A stretch of 64,000 bases of DNA, from the NCBI GenBank assembly GCA_002269645.1, contig NIVC01000027.1:434001-498000 (forward strand), read 5' to 3'. Of the stretch, positions 13,221 to 23,000 are shown piece by piece. The position numbers and the translations under genes were made by a program. Numbering within the stretch: position 1 is the stretch's first letter; every line of letters begins with the position of its first letter. The DNA is from Macrostomum lignano (Eukaryota). The notes beneath the pieces are model-generated. The model was not told the DNA's origin and made no database searches. It saw only the letters and a list, made by a program, of their open reading frames with translations.

Positions 13221-13994
13221 TCAGCTCTTATTAACCATATCGGACAGACTGCCGGGATTCCTGCCAACCCCAGTCCACCTTGGCGACCTCAGCGGCGGAG
13301 CAATCTTGCTGCGGTACTTGGCCCTGGCCCAGGGCTGCGTAACCAGAGTGTCCCTGCCTGGATAAGCGTCGACACCATCAAAGAACTCGGGATTATCTGT
13401 AAACCTCAGCGGATCAATCTGCACGTGAACATTCGGTGGCAGGTCGTCAGACATGGCCAGCCGTTTCAACGGATCTTTAGGCAACTCGGCCGGTTGCAAG
13501 AAATAATCCACTGCATCGCCTACAGTGGCGATCTCGGACAGCAACGAGTTCGGAATTGGCCGATTCAACCGCCGGACACAGTCGGACAAGAACAGAAATT
13601 TCTTAGACGGATCCGAGCTCAAACTGATGGATCGTTCCGCTCCCGACTCGGCCACCAGCCCGGCAGACTTGGCCGACTCCAACACAGCCGCTGTCACCGA
13701 ATCTGACGACATTGCCGTAGCAACCAGAGCGGCAGTTTCTTTAACGGATTTACGAAATTCGCTGTCGTAACGTTGAACAGCGTCTAATAGTCGATTTGAC
13801 GGTTCGGCGCTGTCGGAGTCTTCAGTAGACTGTTGATCTTTGTCGGACTGCTGGGACGCCGAAGTGGCCGCATCAAGGAGACGCTTGAAGCTGGGATAGA
13901 CGGTCTTCTGCTCCGGTGTGTCCAGGATGCCGTAGGCTCTCCGGTGATGCCGCTGTAGCAGCGACGGTAGAAGAAGGCGATGCAGCCGATTCAT
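13221..13994 (-). CDS. MRPL50: Mitochondrial large ribosomal subunit protein mL50, 257 aa
   Basis: Arg/Leu-rich presequence-like N-terminus; the core KKFLFLSDC...RPIPNSLLSEIATVGDAVDYF...LPPNVHVQ fits the mL50 family pattern (recognised from memory, no search run). Confidence 0.7.
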   Translation of the reverse strand: MNRLHRLLLPSLLQRHHRRAYGILDTPEQKTVYPSFKRLLDAATSASQQSDKDQQSTEDSDSAEPSNRLLDAVQRYDSEFRKSVKETAALVATAMSSDSVTAAVLESAKSAGLVAESGAERSISLSSDPSKKFLFLSDCVRRLNRPIPNSLLSEIATVGDAVDYFLQPAELPKDPLKRLAMSDDLPPNVHVQIDPLRFTDNPEFFDGVDAYPGRDTLVTQPWARAKYRSKIAPPLRSPRWTGVGRNPGSLSDMVNKS

Positions 13995-14179
13995 CTGGAC
14001 GAGCTGGCAGCAGAGGGAGAGACGGCTGGCCAGAAATGGGCCGTTTTATTTCACATTGAGTTACAGCATAATCTCGTAAGCTGGACGAAGGAAAAAATGT
14101 TTTTATCAAAACTCAGCCTACACTTGATTGCCCCCTATAGTTTATATGACAGATATGGAAATCCGTAGCATTTTTTAAC

Positions 14180-14360
14180 CCTGGTGCACTTTAAGTGACA
14201 TTTTCACACAACCGGTGAGAGGCACTACTGCCCATTCCACCGACTACCTAGCTTCCTTTTTCGTTAGGCATGTACACTTTACTGTGCCTTAAGGGTTGGT
14301 CCTCAAGGGCTTAAATTGCACGAGCAGAGCCAAGCCGAGATTCCAATTCAGCCCCAAAAC
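14180..14360 (+). mobile_element. Dispersed non-coding repeat family (unclassified), fullest copy
   Basis: The core GAGGCA(C/T)TACTGCCCATTCC(A/G)CCGACT recurs at ~9590-9633, ~18487-18600 and split at ~37720-37772 / ~40017-40220; the GCCAAGCC(G/A)AGATTCCAATTCAG tail is shared with ~40190-40217. Confidence 0.7.
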
Positions 14361-15274
14361 TAAAAATAAAACTTGGCGTCCCGGGGAATGAGTTCGTCCC
14401 GAATCGGGGATACCGACTGAGTCCGACCCCTTGGCCCGGCCTCCAATCTAAAGCTGGATAGGTGATACCCTTGTGGCTTGCAGCCCTATAAGAGGGTTTT
14501 TCAGTTTACCTCTTGATAGGAGTCTCGCCCTTGGAAACAAGCCTTCCAGCCAAATTCCAAAATTCCTAACCATTGCTTTTCCGTGGACCTCTGGGGTTTT
14601 CCCGCTCTCGGACCGCTCTAAGTAGCAAACTTAAGCTTTTTAAACCATTTTTCGGGCGCACTCCCAAGGACTTGTCTGCTGGGTGGTGGCCTGGGTGGAC
14701 TCGGTCCTAGCACCGTCCCTGATTCCACTGTTGGGTTGGCGGTGCCTTAGTCCATAGGCTTGGGTTAGTAAGTAGTTCACACCCAGCCCTAGCCAAGACG
14801 TTAGGGTCTAACCAACTTTCTAATTCTAAGGTCCTGACTTTCTAATCGTCAGACGTGTACACTTCCTGTGCCTCGGGGGTTGGCTTTCGCACGGATCGAA
14901 GCACCCCCGACTCTATTAAAAAATAAATAACACAAACTCGCAAGTTTAAAATAATAAAAATGTTGTAAGTAATTTATTAATTAATCAATCTATTGGTGTA
15001 CAAACCTGGTACAGAGAGTAAACAAGAGCAGCACCGAGTATACGTGATAGAGAAGAAGAAAAACAGTAAAACAAAAAACACAAGGAACACTAGCTTAGCT
15101 CATAGCGGAGATTCGCTCGATAAAAACACAGCTGGTGATTGGTACATCGAGATGAACAATAGAATACTGAGAAAAGGGAACAGATAATTCCCTTCTAATC
15201 GAAAAATACTGTTGTGTGTGTCTTTTTTCTGTAAGTATCGCAATACAGTAAATTCCGTATCTTGTTAAGCACAT

Positions 15275-16290
15275 GAGGGAATAAATTCTCCCAGATCCTT
15301 AAGTGGGGGAATAAATTCTCTCAGATCCTTAACTGAGGGAATAAATTCTCCCAGATCCTTAAGTGAGGGAATAAATTCTCCCAGATCCTAATCAAGGGAG
15401 GGAATAAATTCTCCCAGATCCTAATCAAGGGAGGGAATAAATTCTCCCAGATCCTAATCAAGTGAGGGAATAAATTCTCCCAGATCCTATCTAAGTGAGG
15501 GAATAAATTCTCCCAGATCCTTTCTAAGTGAGGGAATAAATTCTCCCAGACCCTTAAGTAAGGAAATTAATTCTCCCAGATCCTTGAGTGAGGGAATAAA
15601 TTCTCTTAGATCCTTAAGTGGGGGAATAAATTCTCTTAGATCCTTAAGTGAGGGAATAGATTTTCCCAGGTCGTTAAGTGAGGGAATAAATACTCCCAGG
15701 TCCTTAAGTAAGGGAATAAATTCTCCCAGATCCTTAAGTGAGGGAATAAATTCTCCCAGATCCTAATCAAGTGAGGGAATAAATTCTCCCAGATCCTTAA
15801 GTGAGGGAATAAATTCTCTCAGATCCTTAAGTGAGGGAATAAATTCTCCCAGATCCTTAAGTGAGGGAATAAATTCTCCCAGATCCTTAAGTGAGGGAAT
15901 AAATTCTCCCAGATCCTTAAGTGAGGGAATAAATTCTCCCAGATCCTAATCAAGGGAGGGAATAAATTCTCCCAGATCCTAATCAAGTGAGGGAATAAAT
16001 TCTCCCAGATCCTAATCAAGGGAGGGAATAAATTCTCCTAGATCCTTAAGTTAGGGAATAAATTCTCCCAGATCCTAATCAAGCGAGGGAATAAATTATC
16101 CCAGATCCTATCTAAGTGAGGGAATAAATTCTTCCAGACCCTTAAGTGAGGGAATAAATTCTCCCAGATCCTTAAGTGAGGGAATAGATTTTCCCAGGTC
16201 CTTAAGTGAGGGAATAAATACTCCCAGGTCCTTAAGTGAGGGAATAAATACTCCCAGGTCCTTAAGTGAGGGAATAAATTCTCCCTGATC
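15275..16290. repeat. Minisatellite, 30-34 bp unit GAGGGAATAAATTCTCCCAGATCCTTAAGT
   Basis: About 32 copies read directly. Confidence 0.95.
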
Positions 16291-16639
16291 ATTATTTGAG
16301 ATAATAAAAATGGAATAAAAAATCTCTATTTTACTGTATGCACTGAAGCCATAATTTCATGAATTCAAAACATTAGCAATTATAGATAGGAAAAAAATTT
16401 GACATCTTGAATAGGTAAGTATCCCATAAAGCCAATAGACTGATTGTGGCAGTTGAGATAATTGGCACAATTTTCAAGAAAAAAAACAACACGTATTATC
16501 ATAAAAACTTCAGAAATCATACGAATAAAATATCTTGAATATCTAGAAACTTTCTAGCACGAGAATAATCTTCAGGGAGGCTTTTAAGGCCACAAAATAA
16601 ACATATCTTCAGATGTAAGACGGAGTCTTCAGGGAAGCT

Positions 16640-17050
16640 TCAGGCATGAAACAAAATACTCAGGAAAATTTCATTCATTACATGGAAAACCCTCGGGAAC
16701 ACTTCAGGCATCACATGGAAAACCCTCAGGAACAGTTCAGGCATCATAGAACTCAGAAAAACTTCAGGCATTGCACGGAAAATCCTCAGGAACACTTCAG
16801 GCATCATAGAACTCAGGAAAGGTTCAGGTATCACACAGAAAACTCTCAGGAACACTTCAGGCATCATAGAACTCAGGAAAGGTTCAGGCATCACACGGAA
16901 AACCCTCAGGAACACTTCAGGCATCATAGAACTCAGGAAAGGTTCAGGCATCACACGGAAAACCCTCAGGAACACTTTAGGCATCATAGAACTCAGGAAA
17001 GCTTCAGGAATCACACGGAAAACCCTCAGGAACACTTCAGGCATCATAGC
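16640..17050. repeat. Tandem repeat, 60-bp higher-order unit (CTCAGGAA/TTCAGGCATCA sub-repeats)
   Basis: About 7 copies immediately 3' of the spinster stop; they explain ORFs 16640-17122. Confidence 0.9.
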
Positions 17051-17092
17051 AACCTTCATTCTGTGATCTCATTTTCTAAATTATCAAACTCC

Positions 17093-20000
17093 TTAAGCCA
17101 CAGTTGCTGCAGCAGCCACTAGCCGCTCAGACTCGCCCTCATTCCCAGTCTCCCCATCGTCCTCATCATCCAGACACCTATTGTTAGCAGCGGCAATCAG
17201 GGCGGCCTCCTCGATCTTGGCCACGCGTCGGCAGTCTTCCGGATAGCGAATAGCGCAGGCCATAAACGCTGCAGACCCGGCGACGAGCACGAACAGCCCC
17301 AGGTACATGGCCCGTCGCAAAGCAATGAACTGCCGATAATAGCTGTCAGACCCACCGGCACGAAACCAGTCGGTTAGTAGGCCCAACAGGTAGGGCGATG
17401 TGGCGTCGCCAAGCAGGTGAGAGCTGAGCAGACTCAAGCCAGTTGCCGTAGCTCTCAAGCTCGGCAGGCAGACTCGCATGCACATATCGGTGACCAGGGC
17501 CCAGTTGGTGAAGAGGGCCAACTCAGTTAAGAAGATGAAGGCGTAGCCAAGGACCAGGTAGGACCGGACGGTGAGCAGGGTGGCCATTAGGAACGGAACC
17601 GAGAGCATCAGGCCGCCAGCGCAGACCAGCGGATCCGCTCTGGCGGTTCTTCGGCGAAGTCGGCGGGCGAGCTCGGTGCCGCCGATCACACCGAAGATGC
17701 CGGCCAAGCACGTCAAGACGCCGAACACCAGCGTGGTGCTGCCCGCTTCTGATTGGCTGCCGTCTGGGTGGGGGGAGGGGTGTTGGTGTCTGATTCTTAT
17801 TTGCTGCCGTCTGTGGTGCGGGAAGGGGTGTTGGTGCCCGCTTCTGATTGGCTGCCGTTTGGGGTGGGTGAAGAGGTGTTTGTGTCCGATTCTTATTGAC
17901 TGTCGTCTGGGGTGGGGAGGGGTGGGTGTCCAATTCTTATTGGCTGCCGTCTGGGGTGGGGGAGGCAATTAGGAATGTTAAGGACAATCCTTTTCAATGA
18001 AGTTTCTCACCTCTACTGAGCACAGACAGTCTAAGCATCTCAGGTGTCCACAGAGCCAGCGCTCCAGTCACAAAGGACACCGAACTCAATCCCAGCGTTG
18101 TGAGCACAAAAGTGCTAATCTTTGACAGGGCTCGCAGATCGTCCAACCATCTGGATGGATTGATAGCCGCCGCAGCGGCCGCCGCCGTGGCCGCGGGTCC
18201 TTCGGACTGGCCTCGCCGCGGCTCCCGAAAGCAGACGGCCAGCAAGATGACGCAGAGCAGGCCCAGAGGTGGAGTGACTCGCAGAGCCCAGTTCCAACCA
18301 TCAGTGGCGTCTGATACCAGCTGGCCAATCACGAATCCGACGCCTGTGCCGAAGGGCACCTGGGGTTTTGTTTGGGGGCTTTTTTGAAGGCCGATTATGC
18401 AGGGTGATTTGCAATGTTAGAAATTGGCTTTGGGGCTTTTTAAAGGGGCCCATTTTGAGCAACCAATCTTATTAAAGACATGAGAGACAACCGGCAAGAG
18501 GCATTACTGCCCATTCCGCCGACTCCCCTGAGCAGGCACACACAAGCGCGCGGATACGTACGCAGTCATACGCAAAGGCACACATCTCTGTATGACCAGC
18601 ACTACTTTCTGCACTTTCTGCAGTTTAAACTGGCACAATATTCTATGCAAATTTCACATCAAAGCTACAGAGCTTCCTGTTTAGCTGGTGACGCTAATCT
18701 GAACACGCGTGTTTTATAATTACAGGTTGGCAGCATTCGGCACGCCATAATGAACTTCATTTTTAAATATTCAGATTTAATCAAAGGCAATATTTTATTT
18801 GCTGCGATACAAGATTTAGCGAGCGTCACTTAAGGATTAGGGAAGGGGTCGATGAGAGATCAGGGAAAGGGGTCACTGAGGGATCAGGGAAAGGGGTCAC
18901 TGAGGGATCAGGGAAAGGGGTCACTGAGGGATCAGAGAAAGGGGTCACTGAGGGATCAGAGAATTGGGTCATTGAGGGATCAGAGAAAGGGGTCACTGAG
19001 GGATCAGGGAAAGGGGTCACTGAGGGATCAGGGAAAGGGGTCACTGAGGGATCAGGGAAAGGGGTCACTGAGGGATCAGGGAAAGGGATCACTGAGGGAT
19101 CAGGGAAAGGGATCACTGAGGGATCAGGGAAGGGATCACTGAGGGATCAGAGAAAGGGGGTCACTGAAGGATCAGGGAAAGGGGTCACTGAGGGATCAGA
19201 GAAAGGGGTCACTGAGGGATCAGAGAAAGGGGTCACTGAGGGATCAGGGAAAGGGGTCACTGAGGGATCAGGGAAAGAGGTCAGTGAGGGATCAGGGAAA
19301 GGGGTCACTAAGGATCACGGAAAGGGGTCACTGAGGGATCAGGGACAGGGGTCACTGAAGGATCAGTGGAGGGGGTCACTGAAGGATCAGTGGAGGGTCT
19401 CACTGAGGGATCAGAGAAAGGGGGTCACTGAAGGATCAGGGGTGTAGTAGCCAGACAATCTGCATCACTAACCAGCTTCACAAGCGATCGCACAAACCTG
19501 CAGATTAAACAGGATCAACGCCCAAGTCCTGGCATCGTGAGCAAACAGGTCGGCAATGATGGGCGCAGACACGGTGGCATAGGAAGCCTCGCCGACACCC
19601 ACCAGACTGCGGGAGACCAGCAGCAGGCCGAACATGCTGTTTGGCACAAATGATGAAGCTAAAGTGATGCCAGACCAGAGACAGACTCCCAGCAGCATGA
19701 TGCCTTTTCGGCTGAATAGCAAACGACCTGGTTGACCGCGGTCGCCTAGATAACCAAATATCTGCAGTTTAAAGGGCATTTTACTGATTGACAGTTTTTC
19801 TGTTTAATTCCTATTTAATCCCGTTTAGGAATGCATTTAAAGATTTTCATTGTGAGTATTTTTTTAGAATCAATTAAGATTTTTAAGAATTCGCTTTGAT
19901 AGTTTTTTAAAACCAGTTTGCTATTTCTTGGAATCCATTTAGAGGTTTTCCTAAAACCGTCTGGAGGTTTCTTAGAACTTGTTGAAATTTTCTTGTGTTG

Positions 20001-23000
20001 TAACCCGGGTCGGCTTGGGTGCCCAGTCCCGAGTACAATATATATTATATGTGATATAACAGGCGTTGTGACGCTCTGTCTGTACTTTTATGAATACGAC
20101 GAGCAGGCGTGGCGACGCTCTGCGATAATAATTTGATCCCTCTGGTGTTGTGACACTCAGAGTTCACGCTGCGGCTCGAGGTGTGGTGACACTCTCGAGT
20201 GCTTCTATTCTCTATACCGTAGGGCGTACGCAATATATGGTAAACGGTACCGTACTACAGAAGCTATATGGTCTCCCGGCGTTATGACGCTCTGGCAAGA
20301 ATTCGGCCTAGCAAGCTTCCCGGAAAGAAAGGACTCAAACAGCAGGCGGCTTACCAGTGGCCAGATGACTGTTCACCGTTTATTATTCGCAGGTCTCAAG
20401 CGCAGTTTCCGACTTCTTCTTAATTCTCCAAGACTCTTCTCAATTAGGCTATTGTGTTTCTTTTATCGAAGTAGCTAATGTTGCTGTTTCTTTTATCAGG
20501 TCTCGCGCTTGCACTCTCGGAGCACACCAAAACACAAAAAGCACGCAGGTGGTGGGCAAGAGCCAGAGTCGCACCATAAATAGCACCCAAACCCTGGGGC
20601 AGACGGCCCCACCGGCTAAGCTCACCAAAACAAACCACGCCGGCCCAGCCAATCAAAACCCCGCCTAAGGGGGGAGGAGCTGCACCCGCGCCAAAGCTGG
20701 CCCGGCCGCAGCCAACCAGCCCTGAGCACGGGGCAGGGGCACGGCTGGGGAGGGGCACGCGCAAAGCCCGGCCGGGGCCAGACCCTGCCACGCCCGCCAA
20801 CCCCCCCAACCAGCCCCAAAGTGCAACGCGCCCTGCCAACTGACAAGGGCGCATGCACTACACCCTCCCCTCCTACAAAAAAAACAGGGCGGAGCTCGAA
20901 CCACGGCGACTGGGATTCCAAATTTTTTAAATAACAAAGCAAAAAAAATCAAAAACAACAAAAAAAATTGGGAACAAACTAATGCAACAGGGAAAAGCAA
21001 AAAAAAGGTTGCCGCAAGAGAAATATGAAAAAGGTACTAGTATTCTGCACGCGAGTTCGTCAGGAGCAACCACGGGGCACGGAATAGGCCTTCAAAGCTG
21101 GCGGCACAGAAAACCATCGCAGGCGGCCGGCAGGACGAGCAGATGGCCGGGCGGGACGCGCAAGTTGCCGACAGGACACGCAGGTGGCCAGCAGGAAGCG
21201 CAGATGGCCGGGCGGGAAGCGCAGGTTGCCGACAGGACGCGCAGATGGCCGGGCAGGAAGCGCAGGTTGCCGACAGGACGCGCAGATGGCCGACAGGGCA
21301 CGCAGGTTGCCGACAGGACGCGCAGATGGCCGACAGGGCACGCAGGTGGCCGGCAAGACGCGAAGGCGGCCGGGCGAGGCGCGCAGATGGCCGGGCGGGA
21401 AGCGCACGTGGCCGCCGCAGAAGCCGGCAGGAAGCGCAGGTGGCCGCCGCAGAAGCCGGCAGGAAGCGCAGGTGGCCGCCGCAGAAGCCGGCAGGAAGCG
21501 CACGTGGCCGCCGCAGAAGCCGGCACGAAGCGCACGTGGCCGCCGCAGAAGCCGGCAGGAAGCGCACGTGGCCGCCGCACAGCTGCTGAGCCATTCCCCC
21601 AGGAAGCTTGACCCCACTAGCATGCAAATAAACCCATACAGTACGAGCGTAACAACATACATACAAGTAAGCAGAAAATACAGTATGAATCGGAACTGGG
21701 CACCCTAGCGAACCCGAAGTCCAGGGAGACCGACGCAGCTTTTCAGGACCTCGAGCAGCCTGCCGGGCCGGCGCAAACCGAACAGCGGGATGAGCTCGTG
21801 ACAGAGCTGTCGGACGAAACAATCAAAACTCTGCCTAGACCAGTAACGGCGGCCTGCTCTCTGACGCTTTACCGGAGCGATATCTCTGCGGATGAAGAAC
21901 AACGCCTGCAGCAGGACCATTGACAGTGCGCTCCTCGGTTCTCGCTGCGAGTCTCGAAACAGCCGTCTCATAACCGTGAGCACTGACACGATTCCGTCCG
22001 ACTGTCCAGCCAAAATATGCTTCATCAAACGATGGCGGAGCTGACGCGCAGCTGCCGATAACGACAGCTTTTCATCATCCCATATTGCTCCCGACGCGCG
22101 ATGTGAGACAACCTCCTTGCTTTCCGGTACATCGATCTCCATAGCTTCTGACTCACTACTTCCGGAGGAGCCATCCGATGCCAGCAACTCGTCTTCTTCT
22201 TCTGTGTCGATGCTACACTCATCCGACTCCTCGCTCTCATCGTCGTCCGAGATTAGAATGTAGCCATCCGCTTCGTAATCGTTCCTCTGTCCCTGTCTCC
22301 CCTGCCTGAGACCAGCTTCCTTGCGCTGAGCTTCTTCAACTTCTCGCCTTTGCTGTACTCCCTCTTCGATGTCCGCCGGCATTCTTACACCAGTAGGAGG
22401 TATGAACGTCATTGCGAAGGTTACAGCCTCGTCATACGGGATTGATTTATCGCCCAACTGGTCGTACATCGCTCGGCGATATGGACACGATAGAATTCTA
22501 CCAGCAGTCTCAATTTCTTGGAAACGGCGTCCTGCGAGTTCCTTGTCCGGGTGCTTGTCCGGGTGCCAGAAGAGCGCTAGCTGTCGATAGACTCGCCTGA
22601 TCTCGGCACGTTCGGCTGTGTGTCCGACTTGGAGGACAGCGTACAAATCCATCTGCAAAGCAACGTACTCAAACCTGCGACACACTGTCCCTGACTCCAG
22701 ATTCTACTCCTGCTCCCCTCTTGCCAGAGCGTCATCTCCTCGGACCGTGGCCCGCGGTACCCTGCATCGTAAAGTCCCAGCGCAAATTCGAGTTGTCACC
22801 GGATGCCAGTCCGAATACCCTCCACCGATGCATAGATTTTGTAGGCAAAATTTGATTCTCGTCAAAACTTCGATGAAGATGCGATTAAAATGACTTAATG
22901 ACGCATTAACGAATTTCTTGAATGACGCATTGGCGAACTGCTCGTACTCATGATGAATGATGCATTGATGAAGTACTCGTATTTATGATGAATGACGCAT

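Noticed and set aside
17749-17968. Pro/His-rich N-terminal part of ORF 17093-17968
   Set aside because: It is intron 3 repeat sequence; the spinster alignment resumes at 17748.
15584-19142. Repetitive ORFs at 15584-16292, 16640-17122 and 18826-19142
   Set aside because: Products of arrays whose unit length is a multiple of 3; they lie in introns or intergenic DNA.
19715-19745. Extra residues GQPGRLLF after GYLGDR in spinster as a micro-intron
   Set aside because: The candidate GT-AG pairs (16 or 25 nt) are too short and break the frame; treated as a small loop insertion.
20982-21822. Multiple 150-260 aa ORFs in the element's 3' region
   Set aside because: GC-rich tandem repeats open in most frames on both strands; no domain signal.
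21705-22652. J ORF as Env, or as a T-antigen-like LxCxE Rb-binding protein
   Set aside because: No signal peptide, TM segment or furin/fusion motif. The nearest match is QLCHE (L-C-x-E), which is not canonical LxCxE.
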